64,000 nucleotides of DNA. Source: a virus. How positions within the stretch are numbered: the stretch's first letter is position 1; every line of letters begins with the position of its first letter. Shown here piece by piece: positions 41,759 to 52,770 of this stretch. The stretch lies in IMG/VR virus record IMGVR_UViG_3300035698_019747, positions 32,001-96,000 of that record; one strand, given 5' to 3'. The notes under the pieces are model-generated. The model did no database searches, was not told where the DNA came from, and saw nothing but the letters and a program-made list of their open reading frames with translations. The position numbers and the translations under genes are program-made.

Positions 41759-43408
41759 GTGTCATTTAAATTAACTGAAATAACCTTTGAGAAACTAAGA
41801 GAAGAAACTAATCTTTATTTACAAAAAACATATAATAAAGCATCACAACTATTCTCACCCGCTTCTCCTATGGGACATATTCTAACTATTCTTTACAGAC
41901 TCAGTGAACTCTCTTATTTATATTTAAAAAGATCAATAAATCAATTTGACCTATCTAGTAATAGTTCAGAAAATTATAATCAAATAAGAAGTGCAGCAAT
42001 TGTAGCAGGGCATAATCCATCTAGAGCAGTTTCTTCTTCTGGATTACTTAGATGTCAGTTAAAAGTATCCACTAATATAGAAAGTGATTTACCCAACGGA
42101 CAAATTAAAATCCTAAATAAGACAACTATCAAGAATCAAACTAATGGATTATTATATCATATAGATTTAGGTGGAGCAGAAGAACAAGTATTTAATGTAC
42201 AAAATGGTAAGTCATTCTTACTTAATATAGTACAAGGAGAATGGAACAGTAATGTCACGTTTACTGGAACAGGTGAACCTGACCAAAGTTATAGTGTTGA
42301 TGCTGAAAATAAAGGAATAGAAAATCACTTAGTTAAAGTAACTGTCAATGGTGAGTATTGGGAAGTGAAAAATCACATACAAGAAATGTTACCTGGTGAG
42401 AATGCAGTAGCTATAAGAACTAATTTTACTGGCGGCTTATCTATCATATTTGGTAATAATAATTTTGGTAATAACCCATTCGCTGGTAGTACCATAAGAG
42501 TAGAGTATGTTAAAACAGATGGAAGTCAGGGCAATATATACAGAAGAACAACAAATGATTGGAAATTTGTAGATGAAGTATTGACATCAAATGGAAACAC
42601 ATTAAACTTTGAGAAGTTTTTTAATATTTTTATAGAAAGGGATATAAACTTTGGAGCAAATGCTGAAAGTATAGAGCTTATGCGTAACCTTATTCCAATG
42701 AATATGAATAATTTCGTATTAGCATTACCTTCTCAATATTCATATGCTATAAAAAAATTAGGTGTGTTCTCACATGTAAATGCATATAAAGAAAATGAGA
42801 CTATTAAAATAGTAGCCACACCTAATATAAGAATATTTAAGAATAGAAATGCCGATTATTTCTCAGTAGATAAGGCAGCATTTACTTTAGATAGTTATGA
42901 GAAAAATAAACTTGACCAATACCTTAAAAAAGGTGGATATATAAGACTCACACAAAGATATAGTATTGAATCTCCTCTATTATCATATTATGTGATATAC
43001 ATTTACCTTAGACTATTTGATGATGCCATTGAAGAAAATATAAACGTTGCTATATTAGATAGTGTCAGTGAATATTTTTTAGATTTAACTAGAATAGATA
43101 GAGTTCCCAGAAAAGATATGATAAACATTATATCTTCAATTGAAGGTATTGATTCGGTTGATGTAAAATTCATAAGTAAAGATAACGAAGATTATCACAT
43201 CAATAAACCAACTGGATATAATAATAAACAAATATTCGGATTAGATGGGAGTCTAGGTGACATAGTATATAATAAAAATATATACCCAATTATAAGAGGT
43301 GGGTGGAAAGATAGGAATGGTATTTTTTATAATGAAGCACCTTTAGATGGGTTTAGTTCTATAAACATAAATGTCTTGGGGAGAACCCCAAGACAAAATA
43401 TTAAATAA
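41759..43408 (+). CDS. Baseplate wedge subunit (T4 gp6-like)
   Basis: ITFEKL..., GHNPSRAVSS, IIFGNNNFGNNP..G..IRVEYVKTDGSQGN, GANAESIE. Confidence 0.75.
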   Translation: MSFKLTEITFEKLREETNLYLQKTYNKASQLFSPASPMGHILTILYRLSELSYLYLKRSINQFDLSSNSSENYNQIRSAAIVAGHNPSRAVSSSGLLRCQLKVSTNIESDLPNGQIKILNKTTIKNQTNGLLYHIDLGGAEEQVFNVQNGKSFLLNIVQGEWNSNVTFTGTGEPDQSYSVDAENKGIENHLVKVTVNGEYWEVKNHIQEMLPGENAVAIRTNFTGGLSIIFGNNNFGNNPFAGSTIRVEYVKTDGSQGNIYRRTTNDWKFVDEVLTSNGNTLNFEKFFNIFIERDINFGANAESIELMRNLIPMNMNNFVLALPSQYSYAIKKLGVFSHVNAYKENETIKIVATPNIRIFKNRNADYFSVDKAAFTLDSYEKNKLDQYLKKGGYIRLTQRYSIESPLLSYYVIYIYLRLFDDAIEENINVAILDSVSEYFLDLTRIDRVPRKDMINIISSIEGIDSVDVKFISKDNEDYHINKPTGYNNKQIFGLDGSLGDIVYNKNIYPIIRGGWKDRNGIFYNEAPLDGFSSININVLGRTPRQNIK

Positions 43409-43411
43409 TAC

Positions 43412-43936
43412 TTATATAAACGCAGTCAAATCAGCAGGACTATAATTAATTGACTTCATAATTTTATGGTCTTCTCTTAAAACAAGAAATAAACCAGCCT
43501 TCTCTATTACGCCCATATTCATTATTTCCCCTCTACCTTTATGATATTCAATTGTATCTAAAGCTTCTTGATTAGACACACAAGCCTTTGTCATATTAGA
43601 GCGATGTACCTCATCAAATGCTTCATCAAATACATCTGTAAACCCCATGGCTAATATAGCACCTGATAATACATATTGGATATCACAGAAAGCATCTAAT
43701 GCCTCTACTTTATCATAACCATCTTGTACCTCATATACATTGCTAGATGCTTTCTCACATAGGCTATGGAAGTGAATAGCAGTAGATTGACTAGTACATG
43801 ACAATTCTTCTAACTCTTCAAATAATAAAGATATCCTCAGATTTTTCAACATATCATTATCTTCTACTATTATACTTGAAATAGGATGATTAAAAGCTTC
43901 ATGGAATTCTCTTACTTGATTTAAATATTTACTCAT
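43412..43936 (-). CDS. MazG-like / PRA-PH NTP pyrophosphohydrolase
   Basis: VREFHEAF, LLFEELEEL, EALDAFCDIQYV, EVHRSNMTK, KIMKS. Confidence 0.85.
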   Translation of the reverse strand: MSKYLNQVREFHEAFNHPISSIIVEDNDMLKNLRISLLFEELEELSCTSQSTAIHFHSLCEKASSNVYEVQDGYDKVEALDAFCDIQYVLSGAILAMGFTDVFDEAFDEVHRSNMTKACVSNQEALDTIEYHKGRGEIMNMGVIEKAGLFLVLREDHKIMKSINYSPADLTAFI

Positions 43937-43985
43937 ATTTTATTATTTATATATAACTTATACTTTAATAATAAAATAAGTTTAA

Positions 43986-44204
43986 ATGAATTGGAACAAT
44001 CACATATTAGATAACATAAATGAGTTTGGTAAGGATAAGATAACGTTAACTGAAAAGTTATATCTAGATAATTACTCAACTAGTAAAAAGGGTCACTATG
44101 AAAGTCAACTAAATATCAGATATAATTATTATACAGAATTATATAGCTATGATGGGAAAAAATATTATATCAATTTAAGACATATACAAGATTTATTAAA
44201 CTAA
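43986..44204 (+). CDS. Small hypothetical protein with ILD.I...G...L...EK motif
   Basis: HILDNINEFGKDKITLTEKLYL. Confidence 0.55.
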   Translation: MNWNNHILDNINEFGKDKITLTEKLYLDNYSTSKKGHYESQLNIRYNYYTELYSYDGKKYYINLRHIQDLLN

Positions 44205-44212
44205 AACATATT

Positions 44213-45367
44213 ATGAAGCAATTATCAAAAAAATATAAGGTTAAATATTATGACCACAATAATATGCACGACCACAAAGCTTTATATAATTCTGACTTTA
44301 TACATAGGTCGGAAATGAATAAAGATGAGAAAGATAAATTTAACAGAGGTGAATCTTTATTGGAAAGTAAATTTGGGAAAAAAATACCTAAGTATTTTAT
44401 GTAGTTCTTAAGGATAATTCATATTCCACACAAGATAATATCACGACAAATACAATACCGTGGGTCAGTCTTTCAGAAATGAAATTTAATAATATTTATG
44501 GTATTAGTGATAGTATAGAAATAATAAATTCTTGGTTAGATATTAGAAATGTTTTATTAGTAATGCCAGCTAGTAAGATAATAGAGCAGAAAAGAACATT
44601 TAAGGTTGATTACTATAATCCTGATCAGATTGTGAGTAAAAATTTCTTTTTACTCAGAAGACTTATGGATAATATAAATGATAAACCCCAATCATCACAG
44701 TTTGATAAAAACCAAATAATAAAATTTGATATATATAAATCATTAGAAACTATTTTTAATAAAAGCGTTAAAAAAGGGTCAATGGGAAGTAAAAAAATAT
44801 CCAAAAATTTTGGGTCTTGGAAAACCCCCACTAGAAATAAAGTATATTATACATATACAGCTTTCTTTGAGAAAGAGGGTAGCAATTTAGCTAATGAAAT
44901 ATCTAAATATATTGTAAATGAAAAAAAAGAAATAAATAGTGTACGTGATCTAATAAAAATAACTAAGTTTGTATTATCTAATAAAAATAGAGAAATTTTA
45001 GGACATAAAAAAATAAATGATTTTTTTTTATGAATTATATGATAAATACGGAGATATATATTTTGAGACAATCTTTAAGAGAGGTATAACTCTGAGTTGT
45101 AAACATTGGGCAAAAAGAGAAGGAGAATGGATAATAAAAGAAAACCCATTGAAAAATGGGATGAGAAATTTAGAAATCCCCCTTGGATCCACACCCATAA
45201 TAAAACAAAGATTAAATACCGATGATGAGACTTATGATAAATGGTACAAAAACGTTATTAAGGATTCTGGTGAAATACAACCTAATTTAGATGTATATCA
45301 AAGAAATGATAATAGAGGTTTATCTAAAGAAACAATAGAGTACGCAGTAACTAAATATAATAAGTAG
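44213..45367 (+). pseudogene. One gene split into three ORFs by two frameshifts in T runs
   Basis: The frame of 44479 is open back to 44392 and overlaps ORF 44213; T9 run at 45021-45029 joins ORFs 44479 and 45017. Confidence 0.55.
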
Positions 45368-45404
45368 TATATTTGTAGATTAATAATTATTTAATATATA
45401 ATAA

Positions 45405-45941
45405 ATGATACATTTTTTATTAGTAGGGGGATTTATAATTGGGATAGTCAGTATGTTAACACTATATGATATTTTAAATTATTTACAACAATTTAGAAAT
45501 TCTACCCTATTATTAAAGGAAATAATAAATGCACCCATAAGGGATTTTAATTTTAGTCATAGAATATCACATGTTGTTTTTATCAATTATAAAAAAATTA
45601 ACATTCGCATTGATTTAAATACTGATATTATTGATATTATAATTGATCAAGATAAAGTGGCTTCACTAACAGAGTATAATGCATATGAATATAAAGCTCT
45701 TTTTAAAAGAATTAGTTATATGTTCTACAGTGAAATATTTAAGGATGTACATGAAGTTAATAATATTACATACTCCAATAATATAGTACAAAATAAAGAT
45801 ATATCAGATAGTCTCATAAATGAAAAGAAATCAAATATTCCCAAATTTAATTTAGATGATATACTTGATAAAATCAGCAATAATGGAATGTTATCACTAT
45901 CCGAGGATGAGAAAAACTATTTAAGTGGTCTCAGCGAATAG
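45405..45941 (+). CDS. N-terminal TM protein with C-terminal DUF6576-like motif
   Basis: LDDILDKISNNGMLSLSEDEKNYL. Confidence 0.65.
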   Translation: MIHFLLVGGFIIGIVSMLTLYDILNYLQQFRNSTLLLKEIINAPIRDFNFSHRISHVVFINYKKINIRIDLNTDIIDIIIDQDKVASLTEYNAYEYKALFKRISYMFYSEIFKDVHEVNNITYSNNIVQNKDISDSLINEKKSNIPKFNLDDILDKISNNGMLSLSEDEKNYLSGLSE

Positions 45942-46209
45942 AAAAATTTTTTCCCCCTCTTTTTTTAACCTTAGTTACTTCAATTTTATTAATATCTAAC
46001 CAATTTATTAACTCATCAATATCCTTTAAAGTATCAAATGGGAAATTTATGGGCAATTCTTTAGGGGTATAATCATATAACTTAGATAAAGTATACCAAA
46101 CAGTAACAGTGATTATTTTAGATTTTAACTGATACCATTTTTTAGTCACAACCTCAAACTCTATATGGTGACATAACATCCTAGAAAGATTTATTTTAAT
46201 ATTATCCAT
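45931..46209 (-). CDS. Hypothetical protein
   Basis: ORF track; TATATTTG box at 46227-46234 (minus). Confidence 0.65.
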   Translation of the reverse strand: MDNIKINLSRMLCHHIEFEVVTKKWYQLKSKIITVTVWYTLSKLYDYTPKELPINFPFDTLKDIDELINWLDINKIEVTKVKKRGGKNFSIR

Positions 46210-46304
46210 CGTGGTGATTATTTTTACAAATATACTTATAAATATGCAATGTATGTAGGGTATATCATAATATATATATATATAAATAAATAATAATCAA
46301 TATT

Positions 46305-46919
46305 ATGAACGAATTATATGCGGATTTAGAAACCTTTTTAAAAGATTATCCAGAATTATATGATAAATTATTAGATGAATTATATATTAACTTCCCAGAG
46401 GGGAAAATTGAAGATTTAGATATTATTTATTATTGGGCGGTCCTAAATAGGGATAGTGTAGATTTAAATCCGATAGATGAAGAAATCAGACACCTGATGG
46501 TGTTTGAGGAGAGATTGAATTATGAGAAAGATAAAATATACATTGAAGTATATTTTAGATATGATAATTATATAAGAGGACAAGTAGTCAATGAACTACC
46601 TATCCCAGAACTAATTATAAATGATTTGAAAAAAGTTATTGCATCTACTATGAAATTTGAACAAACTACATATAATGAAAAAGATGTAATTGATAGCATA
46701 CCAGATGATATTGAAACATATGACTTAATAGAAGATGCATTAAAAAATGCATATGAATATGAAGAGTATGAAACATTAGATGCTGATATTAGTGATAATA
46801 CTTCAGAAATAACTAAATCAGATGTGTCATTAAATTTCTTATTAGATAAAATTAAAGAAAACGGTATAGAATCATTATCAGTTGAAGAATTAGAATGTTT
46901 AAAAAAATACTCAGAATAA
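46305..46919 (+). CDS. Acidic protein with C-terminal DUF6576-like motif
   Basis: LNFLLDKIKENGIESLSVEELECL. Confidence 0.65.
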   Translation: MNELYADLETFLKDYPELYDKLLDELYINFPEGKIEDLDIIYYWAVLNRDSVDLNPIDEEIRHLMVFEERLNYEKDKIYIEVYFRYDNYIRGQVVNELPIPELIINDLKKVIASTMKFEQTTYNEKDVIDSIPDDIETYDLIEDALKNAYEYEEYETLDADISDNTSEITKSDVSLNFLLDKIKENGIESLSVEELECLKKYSE

Positions 46920-46920
46920 A

Positions 46921-46961
46921 AAAAAACCCCCCCATATAAATTAATATATGGGGTTCTTTTT
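46921..46961. terminator. Bidirectional terminator
   Basis: CCCCATATA...TATATGGGG flanked by A and T runs. Confidence 0.75.
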
Positions 46962-48024
46962 AGTTTACTTCTAGATTAACTTTTCGATAACTTCTATTAG
47001 CAGAAATCACCTTAACAGATACTCTTTCACCAGCATTCATATCTTTTATGGAATTATTGTTTCTAACTAAACCAGATGTCTCACCATCTAATTCGATTAA
47101 AGTACCAATATCGATATGAGTCTTTATCTCACCTTCAAGAATTTGCCCCTTCTCAATAGTATCCCATAATGATGTTGAATCTACCTGAGATAATATGATA
47201 CCCTTTTTAATAACCTCCTTAACTTTAAAGGATATTTCTTCACCTGAGTGAATGCTTCGGTTATTAAACTTTTCGGACATGATCTCATTTAGGTTAGTCT
47301 TATGAATAAGTCCTGTTAAACATTCATTAAACTCAACAAAAACACCAAATTTAGTTGTACCAGTAACATGACCAGTATAAACTTCTTCTGCATCTAGATT
47401 ATCGATATATTGTGGTATTAATTGAGTTAAATACCCCCTTCTACTAACGATCCAAGTACCCTTTTCCTTTGAAAATGATTCTACACACATCTCTAGTGTC
47501 TGTCCTATAATATCTTCTTTTGCAGTGTCGTGAATCTTATTCACACCTGCTAGGAATTGTGGGAGAAACGCATCCACAAAGCAATAGTTGCCCAAAATCT
47601 GACACACGTAACCCGCAGGGTTCATGGACTCAATTTTAACATGCACATAATCCTTTTCATCAAGTTCTCTAAGTGTTCTATGAGTTTCTTCTTTATATAA
47701 TAAAGAAACACTACCGTTGATTTCAAACCCATTAGATGCCTCTGAAATGCGTGTGATGACAATAGGCACACTGTCCCCTATATTAACATTATCGAATATT
47801 AATGTTTCTTCTTTATTATTAGGCACTCTAACAATATCCTTGAATGACCCATCAAGTAAATAATCGTCTTTATCCATACCTGTATAAATACAAGTAAATG
47901 AATTTCCTACTTTCGGAACATTGATTGAGTCTAGCATTAATTTATACATCTCTTCCGTATATGTTGATTTAGTATCAACTTCATCAAAAAGGTAATCTAA
48001 TTCTTCTACTGCTGATTTTACCAT
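46960..48024 (-). CDS. Ribosomal protein S1-like multi-S1-domain protein
   Basis: AFLPQFL, IVSRR, YTGHVTGTTKFGVFVEF...GLIHKTNL and GQILEGEI S1 repeats. Confidence 0.85.
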   Translation of the reverse strand: MVKSAVEELDYLFDEVDTKSTYTEEMYKLMLDSINVPKVGNSFTCIYTGMDKDDYLLDGSFKDIVRVPNNKEETLIFDNVNIGDSVPIVITRISEASNGFEINGSVSLLYKEETHRTLRELDEKDYVHVKIESMNPAGYVCQILGNYCFVDAFLPQFLAGVNKIHDTAKEDIIGQTLEMCVESFSKEKGTWIVSRRGYLTQLIPQYIDNLDAEEVYTGHVTGTTKFGVFVEFNECLTGLIHKTNLNEIMSEKFNNRSIHSGEEISFKVKEVIKKGIILSQVDSTSLWDTIEKGQILEGEIKTHIDIGTLIELDGETSGLVRNNNSIKDMNAGERVSVKVISANRSYRKVNLEVN

Positions 48025-48068
48025 AAATTTATTTTTAATAGTTATTTAGTATTATATACTTAAATAAA

Positions 48069-48422
48069 TTAAAGTTTAAAATTAAATCCCTTTTTATTTA
48101 TGACATCTCTTATTTTTGCAGCCTCTTCATATCTCTCTTCTTTTATGTACTCACTTAACTGCTCATTCAACTCTTCTTCAAGTATTTCAGAGTTTGAATA
48201 TTCCAATAAACCATTAAAAAATGTATTCATTTCACTAAAACTGCAAAAGTCTATGTTTATATTATTTACATCTATACCAAGTAACTTATTACCTTTATCC
48301 ATTTTATTAATAAAGTTTTTATCAAAAGCATTATTTTCAATTAAGAATTCCACTAAGTGATTTGGTCTATTCCTGAAAATATTAAAAAGTTTTACAAGGT
48401 TGTGTCCGAAACTATTATACAT
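48069..48422 (-). CDS. Protein with C-terminal UVR (UvrB/C) coiled-coil motif
   Basis: LNEQLSEYIKEERYEEAAKIRDVI. Confidence 0.75.
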   Translation of the reverse strand: MYNSFGHNLVKLFNIFRNRPNHLVEFLIENNAFDKNFINKMDKGNKLLGIDVNNINIDFCSFSEMNTFFNGLLEYSNSEILEEELNEQLSEYIKEERYEEAAKIRDVINKKGFNFKL

Positions 48423-48423
48423 T

Positions 48424-49107
48424 TTAAATTCTATTATATTTTATATTGAAATAGTAGTTAAACGTATAATCATCAGAAAATTTACCTTGATCAAATATCA
48501 ACCGAATAAATTTATCACTATTTATTTTAATTGTCCTAAAGTCATCAAATATGAATTCATTTTTATCTATGCTTGATTTATAATTAACCTCTAATTTCTT
48601 ACCAGAATCTTCTAAATTAACATATTCAATAAATAAATTTATTTCTGACATCTTATATAACGGTAATACATTTAAATTAATATATTTTATGATACTCGTA
48701 GATATGTTTTTATCAATAGTATCAGCATTTAAAATATTACTAAATGCTCTAGATTTCTTTATTAAAGAAAATATATAATTTGTTAAAATCTTATTAGCAT
48801 CTATCTCTAATACCCATGATGCTTTGGGTTTGATATTATCACTACTCTGTGAAGGGTCTAATGCCATTAAGTGATTATTATTTTTATCCTCAATAAGAGA
48901 ATATGATACAGAATTACTTCTCTCTTGATTTATATCAATTTGTTCACCACTCACCCTTTGATAATAAGTGACATACTCAGAACCCAATTCTATAACATCA
49001 TCTGCTGTAATCATTTTAGAACCGAAAAATGCTTTACTTTCTTGCATATTAAATGTACCAACTACGCTATCGTAAATATATTCGGGACTAACGCCATTTC
49101 TTTTCAT
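48424..49107 (-). CDS. Hypothetical protein, probably structural
   Basis: In an operon with large virion-type genes. Confidence 0.6.
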   Translation of the reverse strand: MKRNGVSPEYIYDSVVGTFNMQESKAFFGSKMITADDVIELGSEYVTYYQRVSGEQIDINQERSNSVSYSLIEDKNNNHLMALDPSQSSDNIKPKASWVLEIDANKILTNYIFSLIKKSRAFSNILNADTIDKNISTSIIKYINLNVLPLYKMSEINLFIEYVNLEDSGKKLEVNYKSSIDKNEFIFDDFRTIKINSDKFIRLIFDQGKFSDDYTFNYYFNIKYNRI

Positions 49108-49110
49108 AGA

Positions 49111-52100
49111 TTATATATTTTTTTTCACCTGTTTGTAATATACTTTATCCCAACTACTTTTAAATATATTATGATCACCTACATAATACCCAAATTCATT
49201 TACCTGAGGGTATATAGAGCGATATCTATTGGTTTTTATACGTAATATATTTGAATCACCTACCTTTGATTTAATAAATTCTTCTATTATTCCAAAACTT
49301 GATGAAGTATCTGAAAATTTATAATTCCCATATTCAAATAGGTTTATATCATAAAATACGGGATCGTAAATAGAATTAATCCTGAATAAAGAAAAAGTGT
49401 TGTTATTAAAGTTAAATAAACTAGAATCTAATCTATTAAACTCACTAGCTATAGGTTGGTCAGCATAATAATTTATTTCATCTATCTTATTGACATTATT
49501 ATTAATCATTTTCTTATTTACCTTTAATGTATCCCCGTCTATAAAAATTGAATTTCTTTTAATAGAATTATTATAAATTACTAACTCAGATGGACTCTCT
49601 ATTTGCATCATATGTGGGATATCAGATATATTATTAATATCATATCTAGTGATATTATTACCATCCCTAATATAATATTTAATACCGTTTATAAAACCAT
49701 CACTCCTTAAGCTATTTATATTATCTATAACATTATTAGCAACTAAACTTTGTGATTCTGGTTTATATAATTCATCCCGTTTAATATTATATACAGGTAA
49801 AATATTATTATTAGAATATAAGTGAACTAAAATATTCTTATATACCTTATCTATGTATATATTTATACCATTTTCAAAAGTAGAATTACCAACCATATCT
49901 ACATAAAAAGAGTTGTTAAACTTTACAATATCAAATATATTATAAGAACTACTAAGAGGTTCAAAACTAAACACAATTAATAATGATTGCGTGTTTATAT
50001 CATAATAATATAATGAACCATTAGATGTCACTAACTGATCCACACCGTAATTGGAATTATTAGAAACCTCATTTATTTTTTCCCAATATAATATCTGATT
50101 ATTATCAGTCCCTATCTCTACGTATTCTGGACTTTTAGCTACTAATTGTGTTTTAACACACTTATAAAATTCTCCCTTATAATAAGTAATATATTTTAAG
50201 TAATTAGGATTAATACCAGATACTTGCACCAATTGATTATAAGATACATCCCATTTTAAATATTCATTATCTTTCTGAAAAAATATGCTTCTATATGGAC
50301 TAGGAGGGAAAGATTCCCAGTTAGAGTTATCTACTAGAGATCCGATCGGTGATTGTATAATATCATTTGATATACATCTAAATAATTGTACTATACCATC
50401 ATTAAATCCTGATGCAGTAACTGAAATGAACGCTTGATTGTTATCATATGTGAACTCCTCTATTGTAGAATCTGGATAAACATATTCTGTTGGTGTTACA
50501 CTACCAGTACCACTACCAGTACCATACCCTGGGAAGCTGAAATGACCAGTTGAATCCTTGAACTCAGTTGGGTCAAAAATAACTATATCACCTGTATTAT
50601 AACTAACATTCCTTTCCCACTTATTTAATTTATTCCAATTAGAGTTTAAGTCCTTATCATTAAAATTATTATCTATATCCTTATCTAACGAACTATACAC
50701 TATACTAAACTTATAATCACTAAATGTATTTGTACCAGAAACATTAATGGATTCAATCGATGAATTATCATCACTAGTTATTATACTATCAACATCATAC
50801 ATGTTAACCGAAAGCCCCTTAAAAACAGTGTTATTAGGATTATCATTATCCCCCTTATTAAACTTAGAATGTTTACTATTAAATGTTATATTAAAATAAT
50901 CCACACCCAATAAATACTCACTTATATTGAATTTATCAGAAACAATAGATAGACTCTGAGACTTAACAGGAAATGTGTAACCAAAGTTATAACTAGCAGT
51001 TGAGAAAGTATAAAAATAATCTAGATTTCTCTCTGTTCTAGATGGTATTATATACTCAGTATTAGTTGTTCTATTATAACTATCACCCTTCTTATTTATA
51101 TTAAACATATAAGGATAATCATTATTAGATATACTGTTCTTTATTGCCCACTTAATTGTTTGAGGGTTTTTTCTCCATAAATTATTTAAGGCATTCTTAT
51201 CACTATTTATATCGAATAACTCACCTGTTGCTAAGTATTCACTAGAAACAGGAATAGATTCAATTTTATTTTTATATATATATTTCTCAATAGGATTAGT
51301 ATTTCCACTGAAACTTAAATCATCTTCATATAATTTAGGCTCTTCTGTTCTAGTTATATCTTCATCAAACTCAAACTCATATCCAGAGTATTTAGTATTT
51401 AAAATACTATGATCAAAATCTTTAACATCTAAGAAATTAAACTTATATATACTAAATACAATTGGTCTATTATTATTACCGTTAGATAAATCCACAACAT
51501 CAGTATTACCATTAAAAGTAACTCGCAATAAGTTGTTAACTGTATTTAAATTATAATCACTTAATATTTTCCATACTCCACTATCATTTGTTATTCTATA
51601 TAACTCACTGTTAATGTTAATAGTAATAATATCACTATTATTAATATCGTTAATTACTATATTAGTATTATCACTATTCTTTAATATATTATTAGTTATA
51701 GTTAAATATGGCTCATTTATATTACCATCCACAAACTCTGGAAATTCAATATCTGATATTATTTTAAAACTATTATCTATACGTTTTACTAAATATAAAT
51801 TACCTAAATACTCAATGAAATTATTTTTAGAACTATCATAACCCCTTTCAAAGGGATCTATTCTAATACCATCCTTTATAAAATAATTGGAACTATCTAT
51901 TTTTAATCCAGATTTCAATCTTACTGGCCTATATGCAGTTATATCGCTTATTAACTTATTATCACCATAAAACCCCATATACCTATTCAATGTCCACTTA
52001 GGAGCAGAAATATCATTAAAAAAGAAGCTTAAATTGCTTATAAATGGGTAAATGACCTTATTTTCTTTGAATTTTGATGTTAAAAAATTATGCCCTTGTG

Positions 52101-52764
52101 TAAATGTCATTTCCCTTTTAAACTCCTCTGATAATAGTTCACCTTTTTTACTTATCTGACCAGTCTCTAAGTCAACACCGTTCCAATAAGAAAATTCACT
52201 TTCTGAAAAACTTATATCTATTGACATATCAGGAAGAGTATGTATATGATTATTCAATACTTTTCCAATTTTACTTTTTGTAGTTAAATCAATATTAGAA
52301 ATTAATTTCATTTTTGCTAGGTAATTATCTCTGAAGTTAGTGTAATCTAAATCTTCAACACCATTCCCATCTAATCTAAATATCATAAAGTTAGAAGGTA
52401 TTTTTTCTATACCATCACTATATAAAGGTGCGAAAAACTCAAAACTCTCACTATATGAGCTGTTATAATTTAAATTTCCTCCACTAAGGTACAATGTATC
52501 TATCTGATCTGAATAACTGTTATAAACAGTATCAAAATCCTTTAAATCTTTTATTTTATATACCAACCTCTCAGGAGTATTTTTCCAAAACTTTCCTATA
52601 TTCTCATTTAATGTGTTGTTTAATGAAAGTATGACCTTTTTATAACGATCGTCACCAAGTGCACTATCACTATCAATAGATTCTAGATAGATATTACCCT
52701 CGCTAAAAATTATCTTAACGTTACTGGTTAATAATGGATTAGTTCGTAATAGTTGAAATTGCAT
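49111..52764 (-). CDS. Large putative virion structural protein (baseplate/tail) with CBM-like W..YNTGDIV segments
   Basis: 1217 aa, Asn/Ser rich; WERNVSYNTGDIV and YYKGEFYKC...P....YWEK repeats. Confidence 0.6.
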   Translation of the reverse strand: MQFQLLRTNPLLTSNVKIIFSEGNIYLESIDSDSALGDDRYKKVILSLNNTLNENIGKFWKNTPERLVYKIKDLKDFDTVYNSYSDQIDTLYLSGGNLNYNSSYSESFEFFAPLYSDGIEKIPSNFMIFRLDGNGVEDLDYTNFRDNYLAKMKLISNIDLTTKSKIGKVLNNHIHTLPDMSIDISFSESEFSYWNGVDLETGQISKKGELLSEEFKREMTFTQGHNFLTSKFKENKVIYPFISNLSFFFNDISAPKWTLNRYMGFYGDNKLISDITAYRPVRLKSGLKIDSSNYFIKDGIRIDPFERGYDSSKNNFIEYLGNLYLVKRIDNSFKIISDIEFPEFVDGNINEPYLTITNNILKNSDNTNIVINDINNSDIITININSELYRITNDSGVWKILSDYNLNTVNNLLRVTFNGNTDVVDLSNGNNNRPIVFSIYKFNFLDVKDFDHSILNTKYSGYEFEFDEDITRTEEPKLYEDDLSFSGNTNPIEKYIYKNKIESIPVSSEYLATGELFDINSDKNALNNLWRKNPQTIKWAIKNSISNNDYPYMFNINKKGDSYNRTTNTEYIIPSRTERNLDYFYTFSTASYNFGYTFPVKSQSLSIVSDKFNISEYLLGVDYFNITFNSKHSKFNKGDNDNPNNTVFKGLSVNMYDVDSIITSDDNSSIESINVSGTNTFSDYKFSIVYSSLDKDIDNNFNDKDLNSNWNKLNKWERNVSYNTGDIVIFDPTEFKDSTGHFSFPGYGTGSGTGSVTPTEYVYPDSTIEEFTYDNNQAFISVTASGFNDGIVQLFRCISNDIIQSPIGSLVDNSNWESFPPSPYRSIFFQKDNEYLKWDVSYNQLVQVSGINPNYLKYITYYKGEFYKCVKTQLVAKSPEYVEIGTDNNQILYWEKINEVSNNSNYGVDQLVTSNGSLYYYDINTQSLLIVFSFEPLSSSYNIFDIVKFNNSFYVDMVGNSTFENGINIYIDKVYKNILVHLYSNNNILPVYNIKRDELYKPESQSLVANNVIDNINSLRSDGFINGIKYYIRDGNNITRYDINNISDIPHMMQIESPSELVIYNNSIKRNSIFIDGDTLKVNKKMINNNVNKIDEINYYADQPIASEFNRLDSSLFNFNNNTFSLFRINSIYDPVFYDINLFEYGNYKFSDTSSSFGIIEEFIKSKVGDSNILRIKTNRYRSIYPQVNEFGYYVGDHNIFKSSWDKVYYKQVKKNI

Positions 52765-52770
52765 GCTTTA

